DNA of 63,565 nucleotides, counting the filler, from Intoshia linei (Eukaryota > Animalia > Orthonectida), in assembly GCA_001642005.1 (NCBI GenBank). It is 6 parts of 6 records of this genome, joined end to end, with 100 filler letters (N's around TTAATTAATTAA, not from the genome) between each part and the next. Parts side by side here need not be neighbours in the genome. Positions count along the whole stretch, not along the records: positions 32,504 to 48,086 come from LWCA01000913.1; positions 48,187 to 55,364 come from LWCA01001588.1; 4 more parts are not named here. One strand, given 5' to 3'. The position numbers and the translations under genes were made by a program. Under the pieces are notes generated by a model that saw only the letters and a list, made by a program, of their open reading frames with translations, made no database searches and was not told where the DNA came from. Of the stretch, positions 37,981 to 52,376 are shown one piece after another (within the stretch, counting starts at the first letter, position 1; every line of letters starts with the position of its first letter).

Positions 37981-40900
37981 TTAATTTTCATTTACATGTT
38001 CAATATCTTGAGTTTGCACTGCTTGATTCGCTGAGGGAACTCTAAAGTAATTATATTAATTATTGATGATGCTTAAATATTTTAATCAACACGATATTTT
38101 TATGACTCAACGTTCAGGCGTCCTGCGAATAAGACATGCACACTTATAAATTATCATGTTAATTTTAAAGTTAAAATTTAAAATGAAACCTGATTTTTGT
38201 GATTTATATAATGAAATTTTTGAGCGTCATCTAAAAGAAATTATACACATGTTATAATATAATGAAGAGTTACTATTATGTATGGTAACAGGTATGAATT
38301 TAGCAAATTTATCGTTTTTCCATCGCAAATTAATTCTTGGTGAATTTTCAGATCTGAATAAATTGTCCATAAAATTTCTAACGTAGAATATGTAATAATA
38401 AAGTATAATTTGGTTAATTCAGTGTTTTCTCAAGTTTAAAACATGAGACCCCGATTTATAAAAATAATTTATAACAAATCTCTCAATTTTTAAGTTGAGA
38501 TTATTTGATACACAAGTAAGTGACAAAATTCTAATTTTTGAAAATTTTAAAAAAAATTTTACTTGACTTAATGCTTGACACATTAAAAGGTATGAAACCA
38601 TGTAATGTGATGTATATATAATTAATAATTATACATTATAATTGATTATTTTCGAAGATGCATTCATCTATATAGAAATACCTGAAAAAAGGTAAATAAA
38701 AACACTTGTTTGGCACCCTAGAGGTTCATATACCCATATTTAGAAGCCCTGGTTTACACCTTACTTTTCATTAACGTAATATGACTCCCTATGTAAACAC
38801 TGATATAATTAATATTATTAATACCATATTTATAACGTAAATTACCTATCTTTAATTCGATTAAGAATAGACATGTAACGATTATATTTGTTTTTGACTA
38901 GACTGTAAATAACGAAGGCTATAACGCATCCAACAACCAAAAGACAAATTATAACGAGAATTGAATATACACCATATTTTTCATAATAAGGAAAAGTATT
39001 ATTGACAGCTTTAACCGATTTTGTATAACAACGCGGTGGAAAGTACCCATTGCGGCATTTACACCATAAATTACCCTCGTCATCGGTTGAACATTTCCCT
39101 CCATTATAACAAATTTTTGACTTTGAATTTTTTTCGTCTTCTGTACAAAAATCTCGCAAATACTTGGGACCTTTTTCTGTAATTGCATATGCATTTTTCA
39201 AAGGTACAAACGAGCCGTTAAATTTGATGACATTTCTATCTACTAAAGCATTTATCATTGGCTTCAAAACCAAGTCACCGCTACGTCTAGCACTAACCTG
39301 ACTCTTTTTTTCAGCCCATTTCACAACATATCCCACATTTATACTCCCTGGTCTAAATTTATTAAATTAGTATAATTTTTGAATAGTTAATTACCTCAAA
39401 TTTACAATATCGATTCCTCGGAAATCTTGGGATTTTTCATAAAAAGAGTTTAGCTAGAAATTATATAGTTTATAAATGGTTATTTTATAATTGTAATGGA
39501 AAAATTTAATTTAAATTTAACTTACAGCTTTGATTAAATTTGAGGAAAATTCTTTAAATGCATTTGAACTGGTATTGGACAAGAGTGGATTCCATTGCAT
39601 TTTCAATGTTAAATATACATGTATTAACAGTTTTTCATCAGAATTAAACAGATGCATAGTAGTGTTTAAAAATGTTTGGTTTTTCTCTTGATGAATATAC
39701 ACACTTGTGGTATTAGGACTTAAATATGTCTTAAGTTGTTCAATATTATCTACGTCACGACTGGTAATATTTGATACATCATCAAAACTGTCCAGTATAT
39801 CAATGTTTGTATTATTATCATTATGTGTAGTATTATCAAAATCATTTTGTTTGTTTAAAATTGGATTCTCAATATTATCAGTGTATGTATCGTTATATGT
39901 ATCAACAGTTTCATAAACTTTCGTCGTATGGTAATCAACACTTATGGTTGAAGTTTTGGGTTTTGTTATTGGAAGGTTTGTGACATTAGTGATGTGGATT
40001 TTATATTCTGTAGGTATTTCATCTTGTAGATCTACTTCATTTTCTTTGTTGTAATAACCTTCAGTAACAGTAATGTCATCAATTACATCATTATTTTCTT
40101 GCTTCGGGTCCAAAGTTATCGTATTTTCTGCATCTTTTAGACTTTCATTATCAAAATTTTTTGTTTCCGTTTCATTTTTTGCAGTTACATTGAAATAATT
40201 GTCTATTGTCAACTTTGGAGTAGTATTTTCAGTTATTTGAGTGGTTGAAGTACCAAAAGTGGTAGAAACAGTAGTATTTGCATTTTTAGACTCTTTTTCT
40301 TGTTCTAAATGGCGCCTTTTAGCGTGATTATCATTTAGTCGAACTTCATCGGGTTTTTCGTCACTTTTATTATCGTCAAAATGGACTATTATTGAGTCAA
40401 TTTCCTCCATAAATATATTACTCGCTGTCAACAATGTGGTTGGAAGATTATTACCAAAACCGGTAGTTTGTACCGTTCTTTCAGGGAATGCAGTAGTTAC
40501 AGGGTTATTTACAGTTGTTGAAGGTAGTATATTTGCGGTAGTAGTCTTAATTGTAGATTTTGGTATATTTGAAGCATTTGTTGTAATACCGTTGATCAAT
40601 GTCGTTGATTCGTTGGTTTCTGGTAAGTGACTCACATCTGCAAAATGATCATGATCGTTCATGGAATGGTGACTCATAATGTGTGATAATTCTTTAAAAT
40701 GGTCGCTATAGGTTACTAAAATTGTCACATTTTTAATCATCATTTCTTCAGTATCTCTCCTCTTGTATTCCAAGTAAAAACGAATGTTTTTATCACTCTT
40801 TAAATGTATTACATGGTCCAAATCTGAGATTTCGTTTTCTATTAAATTGGTTTCTTTTTCCCATTGCGTCTACATAAAAGATTATACTCTATTAAATTCA

Positions 40901-43900
40901 ATTGTAAACAAATATTTAAAATTTAAAGGCACAACATGCAATGACATATCAATGCATACTACATGCATTTCATGTGCATATTTTATGTGTCAACTTTTAT
41001 TTGTGACAGATTATATAAACGTAAAAAATAAATAACCCTAGGGCCGCATATATGCTTGAATGTACCCAATAAACGTATTGTTCAGTAGACGCCCTCGAAA
41101 ATTACATTTTTTCATAGTTGTATGGTTCATAACAATATTCAAAAAGGGTTAAAAATTACTAAAAAGTTCCTTTGATTTATTTCGTTGGTCAATAATAATA
41201 CAGTAGAATCTACTGAGTATTATAATTTGTATTATAAGTCTAAGTCTAAGAAATCTACGGATTCCTGATGAAAAATAATTTTTAATATATTATCAACCAA
41301 TATTTTTCAAATATTTCGAATTAAAATAAAAATGAAAAATGTAATTATTGATCCTACAATTTCAAAAAAATGTGTATTGTACGTCTACACATTTCCAATA
41401 AAAACATATTGGTGAAAATCTATATAATTCATTCCTTCGGAATTTTTTTCATTGCTACGCACTTTTTAAATTTTAATTTTCAAAACATTTTGTATAGGCT
41501 GCATAATTATGGAGCATCAAATAAATAGTATTAAACATTAAAAATAGAGTATTGCCGGAGAATTTATAACAATAACCATAAAAATAATGATTTTAACAGT
41601 AACTAATGAATTTTTGCATTATTTTAATAGTTTACTAGGAATTTAAATTAAGTTACAGGAACTTAATAGAGCTTACAGAAAATAAAGATGTATTTACTTT
41701 AAATATTTTATTAATCATTTATCAGTCAAAATATGGATGATTTTGTTTATTCCGACTCAAAAACAAATGAAATGAATAATGGAGAACCACCTATCACAAA
41801 AAAAAATAGAGGTGTTAATATTAAATGGATATATAACAATACTAAAAATATAGAGGATTTGAAAAATCTTGAAAAAAAATGGTCAAAGGATACAGTTAGT
41901 GATAATCTCTCTGGTAGAAAGATATATTACATATGTAAATTTAAGAATTGTAATGCCAAAATGTATTCCCACTTTTTGGCACATAATAAAGATATCGATA
42001 TATTTTTATTTGGAAATCATATTCACACAAATTTCCAAGTTGTCGACCGTGGTCTCAGTGACACTCAGAAAGAATTTGTTAATAGTGAGTTTAATTCTGG
42101 AAATACTATGCCAAGTTCGATTTTATTATCATTTAAGAAAAAAAATATCGAGTCTCCTCTTAAATCAAAACTTATAACTTTTCTATCAGACTACAAAAAA
42201 AATACGTTTGGACCGTCCATTATATCGTTGAGTGATATTAGTGATATTTGTAAAGAATTGATTTATTGTCCAGAATTGACACCCAATGAATCCAGCATGG
42301 ATGTGGGATTTGTACTCGATTTTAAAATTAGCAATTCTACTAAATCTTTTATAATAGTATCTTCGACAAAGAGAATGATGGACATGGCATCTGGTTGTCA
42401 TATTTTTCATTGCGATGCCACGTATAAATTACTGTGGAATGGATTTCATGTATTTGTATGTGGATTTACTGATTACGATAGAAAGTTCCATTTAATATTT
42501 ATATCTGTATCAAGTGACGAGACAGAAGCCACGTTTGCATATGTTTTCGGTATTTTTAAAAAAATATTGTTAACTTCACCCCAGCGTACATTGTGGCAGA
42601 TGAATCGATGCCATAAGAACTGCTGCAAAAAAAAATTGGATTGATATTAAAATCATTATGTGCTGGGCTCACGTTTGCATAAACATCGATAAAAAGATTC
42701 CAAAATCACATTTTAATGATATTCGGTCAGATATTAATAAAATTCAGCTTTCGAAAGACATTGTTGTTTTCGATAAAATGGAACGATAAAACTTTTGAAA
42801 TTAACGTATTTTTGGATTATTTCAAGAGCCAATGGATTGTGAAAAATTTTTCATGGTTTGAAGGCTTCGCTGTCTCTGTCCCTTCTACCAACAATGGATT
42901 AGAATCCACTAATTTACAGATTAAAAAGTTTGGCACATTCAGAGAACGACTGACCAATTGGTCAATTTTTAAAGAAAACGTTGATGGATATACTTTCCAG
43001 GTATTCGTATGAAATATGCTCGACAAATATAAACAAAAAAGATATTTCTTTGACACCAACTATACGTAGAGATACCTGGATTTATTGGGTCAGAAAAAAA
43101 GCGTGGTAGACCTAAAAAGGCCAAACAAGCGTTTATAATTCAGTAAATTTTTGTAAATAAATATTTTTATATAGATACTATTTTCTTCGTAATTTGAAAA
43201 GTAGTTAAAATTCATTAAGAAAATAATGAATGCGTTTGATTTTGTTAAACTAAGCTTTAATTATACTGATGTTTTCTTTGTAATTTGAAAAATATACAAA
43301 ATACCGAATTAAATATTTAATTTTAACGGAAAATAGTAATATACTATATTTTCCTGTAATATTCATTATCTAAATTAAATATTGTTCATTCTCCGGTAAT
43401 ATGCTATTTTTTCTATGATGAATAATATTATCGTCTTTTTATAAACTTTAATTAAATTTTAACACTACAGCAACGAATTTATAAAATTAAATTTATACTT
43501 ACTAATAAACGTGTTATTTTTTTATTTATGATTGTTTTAAATTTAACATAAAATTATAAAAAGAAAAGACATTCAGTAACAAATAGGCCATAAGTATGAA
43601 GATGAGACGTCTCAATGAGTCTGATACAAATTTATTAAATTGGTACTTAATATATATCATCACATTAAAAATGACAAAATAGGTTTTTATCATTTTATTT
43701 TTTTTGGAATTTATGCTATTTATGACAATTTTTAGAATTGACTGTAATAATTAAAAATTTAAGAATTGTATACAAATAAATTACATGACATCCTATAGAT
43801 TCAGTTCCATAGTAAATTTTGGAAACGCCTTTGACACATTGAAAAATTTCAATTTTTTGAATGTATTCATAATATAACGGATTAGTCAATGAAAAGATGA

Positions 43901-46900
43901 AATAATCATAATCTCTAATGTTTGTATAATTGTTTCTGCTTGAATCAATTGGATTAGAAAAAGAATTTAGTAAATTTGGTGTAGAAACTGTATAGTCAAA
44001 TACAATTGGATATGTTGAATGAGTGTAATATTCATAATTTGAATGGGTCAAATTATTTGGTGAATTTATTGCAAATGTTACTATATCTCTGGGATATGCT
44101 TCTTCGTGGTACAATTCTGTTGGTGGTTCTGATAATTTTGTGTAACGTTCATTGAGTGTATGAAATGAAGATTTTTTGATTACGTTTGCTTTTTTATATT
44201 CACTTTCAGTCCTGTTTTCTGGTAACGTTTCCATTACATTAATGTCTAAATTATACAATGAATATGAAGAGTCAAATCTTAGAGATGAAGCAAATTTTTG
44301 GTCATTTTATGAAATATAAAGTTAGGCATTATTACTTAATTCTCTTTTAATAATAATAACAACAATTATATAATTGATAAATCTTATTTTTTATTGTTAT
44401 TATTTTTATCTTCAGTGTCAAACCCTTAAATTACACATTTTTAAAAAACCAACAAACTAAGGGTTTTAAGTTTTAATAAACACAAATTATAATACAGTTT
44501 TTCAAATCTAATGCAGTCTCATATATTTTATTCCCTAATATTTGCAACTTCGCGGTTAAAAACAAAAACTAAACGTCATTTTGAAAAATTAAAAAAAAAA
44601 TTAAAAAATAATAAAAATTTTAAAGAAAATCATATATTACATAGTTTATTCCAGTTAACGTCGAAAATTTTTTAAATTTCAGCAAGTAGCCCCTAAAAAG
44701 TAAAAAAAGCATTTTACTACATGTGTTTATTTTTTTTTGTGGTTAAAAAATTATTACTTTTACAATTGAATGTTATTATGTGTTTGTTATCGTTTCATTA
44801 AAAAATAACGCACCTAGAATTCAAAAAACCCAATTTTGTAATACAGTTTTTCTAGAGTGATGTTTTATCGCAAATTTAATTATCAGAAATGGAGTCCTTC
44901 AGGGTCACAAACACAATTCACCCTTATTTTTTAAAAATAAAATCTGACATAGAATTTTATAAAACATAAATTCTGGTATATATTATATATATATTTTAAA
45001 ATCATAAGCATTATCATCAAGCGAAAACTCAAAAAAGTGTATTTTTATGATCAAAACCACAAATTACAATTTTTTATCAAAACAAAAATATTCAATCAAT
45101 AATACAAATCTAATTCTAGAATTAAAAAAAAAAGAAATTATTCCTTATTCCAGTTAATCTAGATGAGGGTGTCAATTATGCGATCCGCAAAATATTTGCG
45201 GTCCCAATTATGAGTGGAATGTGGCCTGCGTTATAATTGACATTTTTATTTTTATAACAATATTATTTAAACACAATCCAATTTTACCAACCTTTAATGA
45301 AAAAATCCACTTTTATCAATTCTTATACAGATTTTAAAATCATCAACATTCTCATACATTAAAATACTATTTCAGATAATATAAATATATTTGAATAAAT
45401 TGTAGAGATTAAATTAGTTTTGATATTTAATTAATATGAAAAAATTATTCGGTAAATTGCCAACCCTAATTGTACCATAACCTTGGAGAAAGACTCTTAG
45501 AATTATGTTATTTTTCGTAACTACGTGCTTATCTGAATGTCGATTTTCTACAATTTTGGATTTAAAAAATGAAAAAAGAAGCAGATTAAATGATGAAGAC
45601 GAAATACGTTTGCTTTCATTCTACTCAATCTAGTATTTTGGAATTAACAAAAAATAAATCTGCTTAAAATTCTCATTAACCCATTTTATCCTAATGTGAC
45701 CATATAGTCACACAAAATCAAAATATTATAAGGTAAAATTGGTATTTTGTTGCTTTTCAAGACAGTAATAAAGAATTGCGATGAAGAATAGTTTAAATAA
45801 GCTGCCGACGTAATGATTAATTTCAAGTTGTAATGTTTAACGTTTTTAATTAATAATTAATAAATTTAAATAAGTTTTAAAAATTAAACAAAATATAATG
45901 TTAATTACACGTTTAATATAAATATAAGAAATTTTACCTCTTTTTGTGATGTAATCATTTCGACTTGACACATTATGACAAAATCCAATTTCGACTTGAT
46001 TATCTAACGATAAAATGGGTTCCCTACTATTAATTGGTGTGTAAACCATGTTAATAATTAAAGCATGACTGTTCTCTACAATTTCGAGTACAAATTGATT
46101 GTCAATAACCGTATAAACTCGATTTAACTATTTAAAATGTTTATTAAGCGTTTAAATATTAAACGAAATATTTTAAATTACCTGATATATTAAATTTTCT
46201 TGAAATACGTATATGTTTGTACTAACATATTTAACATTTTCGACAATTTGAACAAACCTAACTGATTTAATGGAAAAATTATCCTGTTCTGTTATTCCGG
46301 TAATATTTACATACAAGGTGTAATGACTTGGAGACGTGACATGATTAGTAAAAAACGGCAGAATTTGCCATTTCGCACAATTTTCCAAGTTTGTATTTTT
46401 AATTAGTTTACGACTAAGAACATCCGGTTTATCCACAAATATGAACCTTTTTGTTGACAACGTTTGAGGAGATTTGTTTTTTTCGTAACTCGTTCTATTT
46501 CTATTTGGACATGACGCTTGCATAAATATATTTGCAATGACATTATTCAATTGAATCGAATATTTATCAACCAGATGCGTATTAATAAAATATGATGAAT
46601 AAATATGATTCCATTTTTTAATAACCTCGTTATCATAGTTACTTGAATTACCCAATATAACACGCTGAGAAAAACTTGACACTAGAGATTCTGAAAAAAT
46701 TGTTAGTACATTAAATTTAAAATATTACGTTTTAAATTGAAAAGTTTTGATTCAACATCGGAAACGTATTTGCTCGTTTCCGAATTGTATTTGATGATGA
46801 CGGATCTACAGTTTTGTTTTCGAGAATAGCTATGGTGGGGTCTATTGACATTGTGACACGTCAAGTTGTCAATAAATAAAAAAAGGCAGCTGAATATTTG

Positions 46901-46948
46901 TAAACGATTCATAAATATAGTAAAAATGTAAACGTGCAATTTTGACAA
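37981..46948 (-). CDS. Type I membrane mucin-like protein: T/S/N-rich stalk, SEA domain, EGF domain, TM helix; 5' exon linkage and 3' end uncertain
   Basis: Thr-rich exon 39517-40870, SEA-like LTLKMQWNPLLSNTSSNAFKEFS...IVNLR|PGSINV, EGF CYNGGKCSTDDEGNLWCKCRNGYFPPRC and TM GVYSILVIICLLVVGCVIAFVIYSLV. The exon ending at ~43785 joins the 40870 exon in phase 0. A putative signal peptide lies near 46910. Confidence 0.7.
41541..43410 (+). mobile_element. Decayed Mutator-like (MULE) transposon in an intron, antisense to the host gene
   Basis: ORF 41733-42644 contains FHCDATYKLLWNGFHVFVCGFTDYDRKFH. Frameshifted continuations read IVADES, IMCWAHV and STNNGLESTN. Imperfect inverted repeats lie at 41541-41563 and 43388-43410. 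Confidence 0.85.
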
Positions 46949-47282
46949 AAAACGTTGAATTAGTATTTAAAATTTCCGATTAAAATGAATTTATAATTAA
47001 TAGGATTAAATTTGAATAATTACACATTGTATTTTTGAATAATTTGGACATTGAATTTTTATTATCAAAGTTTAATTAGTAGATTTTAAAATAATCTGCC
47101 AATTACTGTATTCATTATTTATTTAAATTTCCACTTGTGATTAATACGATTAAAATATTTTTGAATCATATGAATCGCGACCTCGAAAATAATGGATATT
47201 GATACAAAAATTTTAATATTTTTAAATTTCAAACATCCAGGATACCTGGATATTTCTCAATACAAGTTTAATACAATTTTGA

Positions 47283-47713
47283 TTACTTGTTCCAATCTAG
47301 ACAATTTATAAAGTCTTGTTCTCGAATGTTTAGCAATGTTGACGCTTCCAAGTGCATCTATTAAATTTTATTATTTAACTATTAAATTATTAATCTGATC
47401 CATTTATGTATAGTTTTAGTAACATTTTAGTATATCTATTGTAATTTAAAGTTTTAATTTTAAACTGCAAAATGTATAGTAACTTTATTTTAGTATATTT
47501 TATTATAGTTTATAATATAGTATATAATATATATAATATTATTATATTTATATGATAGGGAATTTAGTATAAAATTGCCTTTTGTTTTTTTAAGACATCT
47601 ATTAGTTTTAGTTGTTTTTTGAATCCCGATGTCAAATCTAAATTAATCTTTTCTAGTCGTTTGATTTTTTCAATGCTTTTTAATAATTTATCTCGATCAG
47701 CATTATTAGAGTC
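47283..47713 (-). CDS. TEX9: Testis-expressed protein 9, last two exons
   Basis: RLEKINLDLTSGFKKQLKLIDVLKKQK|MHLEASTLLNIREQDFINCLDWNK* matches the conserved TEX9 C-terminus. The joining intron 47358-47578 is GC-AG. Confidence 0.85.
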
Positions 47714-48086
47714 CTACATTATACAATATATTTTATTTCATTATACAATCTAAGTCCTATTTAACGTCATTTTTGGAACTCAAAAATGTAGGAATTCCGC
47801 TAAACAGGATGTTTAGCGATGTTTTTCTATAGAAACGTCATATTTAACGGAATTATTTTAAAAATTAAAATTATTAAATATAGCTATGAAGAGATATATA
47901 TTTCTTTATTGGAGATTGTAAATACTAAATATATACATGTGAATGTTTATAATGAATTATAATAGTTATTAAAATAAGTGGGGCAGAGAGAAGCTATTTT
48001 TAGATTTTTTGTATATCGCTCAATAAAATAACATTTATAAAATGTTAATTCTAGTTACTGAAATTTAAAAAATTATTTACATTTAA

Positions 48087-48186
48087 NNNNNNNNNNNNNN
48101 NNNNNNNNNNNNNNNNNNNNNNNNNNNNNNTTAATTAATTAANNNNNNNNNNNNNNNNNNNNNNNNNNNNNNNNNNNNNNNNNNNN
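48087..48186. other. Artificial contig linker
   Basis: N44-TTAATTAATTAA-N44. Confidence 0.97.
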
Positions 48187-48877
48187 TAACACTTTCATCA
48201 CAGTTATATTCAAAACTTGGGAAACCCCATATTCCTTTTTCTATGATAAAAATAAACCTTCAATACGTCCCATAATATTGGAAGTTATATTTACAAAAAT
48301 CTTGCATCACACTGCCTATTATCAAATATAATCCGCGGATCTTGTTAACACGTGTATTTCAAAAAAAAACAACTTTATAATTTAAATCAATAAATCTCAA
48401 TTTGAGAACTACATTAAAATTAATCTTGCTTCCGAAAATTTTGCATAAACATACGTATGGATCAGAAGAATAAAATTAAAGAATGGCCCATCAGAGAATA
48501 TTAATGAACAAATATATATGACCATTCATGCCAATTTTTTGACCAAAATGTCTAATTTTTTAGCTTTGCACGTCATTGAGCACTTCTATGATGTTATTTT
48601 TTTATGTAAAATTTGGCATGTGTGTATGTATTCATAAAATGAACAAAATTAAGGCGTATCAGAAAATGTAAAAAAAATTTACTATGAAAATTGTGTCCAC
48701 CCTATTATACACTCATTATCTCTAATAAACTGAATAAATAGGATCACAAAATTCTTTTTAAAATTCTATACAAAAATGCTAACTAAATAAAATTAAGTGT
48801 ATATTATTTATTTTAAATTAAAATGTTTAAAAGTATGAAATTCAAGTTTAGGAATGACTGCTTCAAATGATTGTTAA

Positions 48878-49093
48878 CCCATTCACTGTCTGATGCAATT
48901 TTATGTACTATCACCACACGTCTGGAATTTATTTTTTAATTTAAACTTGTATTATTTTTAAATTACTACCTATTTGAAAATGTATGAAAATAAAAGAATA
49001 AAGTTTTTCAAAATTATGCTGTGTATATCAGAATACACAGACGTGTAAAGTGAAATTGCTGTGTATAGTATAGAATACACAGACAGTGAAAGG
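48878..49093. mobile_element. piggyBac-type MITE
   Basis: TTAA on both sides, with TIR CCCATTCACTGTCTG/CAGACAGTGAAGGG. Confidence 0.85.
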
Positions 49094-49383
49094 GTTAATA
49101 ATGACCAACATTTTTAATTAAGATTTTATTATTCAATTTATTTTTTTGGTAGAATTAGATAAGTCCGCCCTCGGCAGAGTATAGTTTGTAGTATACAGAG
49201 CTAGTATTGTATAATTTGTGAAATGTTGATAAAAATGAATAAAAAGATAGAATTTTGGTTTTAATTTACTCAACACTATTATCTTGAATCAGTTCAATAT
49301 ATGGTCAAATTAATAAATACATTATTAAAATAATAGTTAAAATAATAGTAGATTAAAAATTAATAATATTATTATTATATTAC

Positions 49384-49768
49384 ATTTTGCAGTTATTAAT
49401 ATTGATTAAAGTATAACAAACAGGACAAGTAAAGTAATTTCCGAAGTTGAAATCATTTAGATTGTATATGCAAACAGTACAAAAAATGTGACCACATCTT
49501 GTAATTCTTGCTAAACAATAAATTTAGTAAAAACTAAAAAATAAATACGAGCAACAAGGTCATCTAAACAAATTGGACATGGTGTTAATTCATTAGTATA
49601 ATAATCCTACAAAATAAATTTAGTCACACTTTTAAATTAAACGATATTACTACTAGACATATGAGATCCCAATCTTTGAAATCCAAATCTTTATGTAGAT
49701 CCAAGTGCCTATTACTAGCCATATTTTCATTATTTATGTCTACCGCAGGGTAAATGTAGAATTTGCAT
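49384..49768 (-). CDS. RNF10: C3HC4 RING E3 ligase, RNF10/Mag2-like (three core exons; may start at ATG 51203 and continue toward 48187)
   Basis: Exons 49768-49651, 49606-49549 and 49510-49384 splice to CKFYI...DWDLICLV|DYYTNELTPCPICLDDLVA|PRITRCGHIFCTVCI...TCPVCYTLI. The supplied ORF track misses it. Confidence 0.75.
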
Positions 49769-52376
49769 CTAAAATGATTATCATTTTACTAAAATATGAA
49801 AACTGCTTCATAAAATTCTATAATACTATATTGTATATATATTATGTTGGTACCCTTATAATGTTAAATTGGACTCAAAAAATAAAATTTGTAGTGTTTG
49901 AAAAATGCCAGGTAAATGTTTTTAAATCGTCAAATAAAATATATATTTTTCTATTATGATTAATCATCAATAACTAACTGAATTCTACCATGCATAACTC
50001 AGATTATAATTATAATTTTTCTATAACTACAAACCCAGACATCACAAAATTATAAAAATCATTATATTTGAAATAATGGATAAAACACGACGTGGATGCG
50101 CTATATTAATTATGGTAACCAATATTCTTTACAGTCAATCAATATTAAATAGATAAATAATGTTAAATATAGCTATCCATTATGCTAGCGGTTACCATGG
50201 TAACCTTTATTTTACTGTTATCATCTATATTCGATGTTGCTATTCTATTTAAAATATTGGTTGTCTGAAACGAATATTGGATACCAATATTGATACGGAT
50301 CAGTATTTTATATTGAAATATGATATTACGATGAAGACAAAAAAGCGTCATTTTCGTGTATTTTACAATAAGAAGTTGAATTTTTTGAAATAAAATCTGT
50401 GATTTTATTAAATTCGTTTTTCTAAAAGTAAATTTTTGTAAGATCTACAAAACTTTTCAATAATACTTTTTTTCTTTCTAAATTGAAAGTTAAATGTAAT
50501 TTGATACAAGATATTTAATTTAAAGGTAATTATATTGTATAGGCAAACCTAGGGCCTTTCGTATTTTTTTAATAATATAAAATATAATGGAATATTTTAA
50601 CTTTAGTTAAACTGGTATACATTTAGTTGTAATTGTGTAACCCGTGAAAAACCTATTCTGGAATACGTTAAAGCAGTTCCAACCCTTTTTTTATTGGGCG
50701 CATAAGTATATAACAAAATAGTAAATATTTTATGTTTGTTCTTGCTTAAAAAAAAACTTTACTATGGTACAAAATTTTGAAAATCTGAAAATTTAAGAAA
50801 AAAAGTTGTTAAGATAAAAATACCTACAACTAATTTCACCGACCCCTTGTAAAATGCTATATAGCTTTTCAATTTGCACTGGCTACACATAAAATTTTCT
50901 GGTTCTTGGTTTGAGAAACACTACGATAGAGGTTAACGGTTAGACTCTTACTGATGAAGTTTATTACGCGATGGCAAAGTTCACAAAAATAAGATTTTAA
51001 AATTGTATTTATTTGTGTTGTCGCGGGTAAATCATTAATAAACATTGCTCATATCGTAGCTATATCATAAGATATTTATCTACAACTTTTCTAAAACATT
51101 TTTCAAATAGCATTAATAAGAAATTTTTGTTCCAAGTTAAACTACAAAAGGCCCAATTTTAAATATAATTACCTTTTACGACATTGATATTATCATTTTC
51201 CATTTTTGTCTCCTCAAGCTATATTTTTGGTTGAACCGACAATTGCCGAAACGATGAAATTTTAATAATTTTAACGTTATCTTGTTACAGTACTTATTTT
51301 TTGAAATATCAGTTTCTATAATTTTGTTTTATAGTCGTGTGTATGTAATTGGTCAATATATGATATTTTTAAAAATAAACGATTAAATTATTCAGTATAA
51401 GAGTTATAATGATAGACTATTGTAGTAAATTAAAAAAAATGTAAAAATATAAATCCAACTTTATTCTAAATGAATTAAAATAAAGGTGAAATTATGTATT
51501 TAAATTTTTCTAAACGAATTTGAAAAAGTAAAAGTTTAATTGGAAAAAAGATAAAAAACTAATTTCCTAGATCAGGGATCATTTCTATTTCTTCTAAAAT
51601 GGCCACACGTGTTGTCGTATTTTATTTGAAAAAAATTTGGAAAAAGAAAAAACTGGAATCTATGAACTTTCATTTTTGAAAAATTATATAACTTTTTTTA
51701 TTTTTTAACTTGTGGGTTTGATCGTGAAGAGATAAATTTCTGATTTTATTTAATTTTATCTTATTTTATTTCTGTTTATAGTTTAATTATGAAATTTTTC
51801 ATAAACCCCAAAAATTATATTTAAAATTTTATATAATTGTATATAGGCAATCAATATCTATATCAATACAAACAAATCAATATATATATTTATATATTAT
51901 TTAAAATTTTAAATATAATTTTTGGGGTAATTAATTTCAATTGAATCATGTAATATACTAAAAACATACATCTCATTGGGTACTATTTTATCGTATTGTG
52001 GATAAAATAATACCCGCGGATACGGGAATGAGGTGCCTGATGAGTAATATACATTTCTAATTATTAATTGTCTTTAATTATTAAATATGAAATTTTACAT
52101 ATTATTTTTGTGGACGCGTTAGGTATCTTTAAATTTATGAAATTTTCAACGTATTTTAATTTCTCTTGAAGTTGCATACACTCAATGAATGTACATGAAA
52201 AGTAAATACATATTTCTTAATTAACATGTAAATGAATACAATACATTAAATTCACGATATCATCGAATGCTCATCATAAAAGTACACAAAAGAATTGTAT
52301 CATAAAATAAGTATGCAAAGAAATTAATTCACTTCAATCTAAACATTTTGAAAATAATCTCAATAAAATTTATATT

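Noticed and set aside
2922-47713. Cilia/sperm gene cluster (SPEF2 plus TEX9)
   Set aside because: Only two genes, on different linker-separated contigs, with unrelated genes between them.
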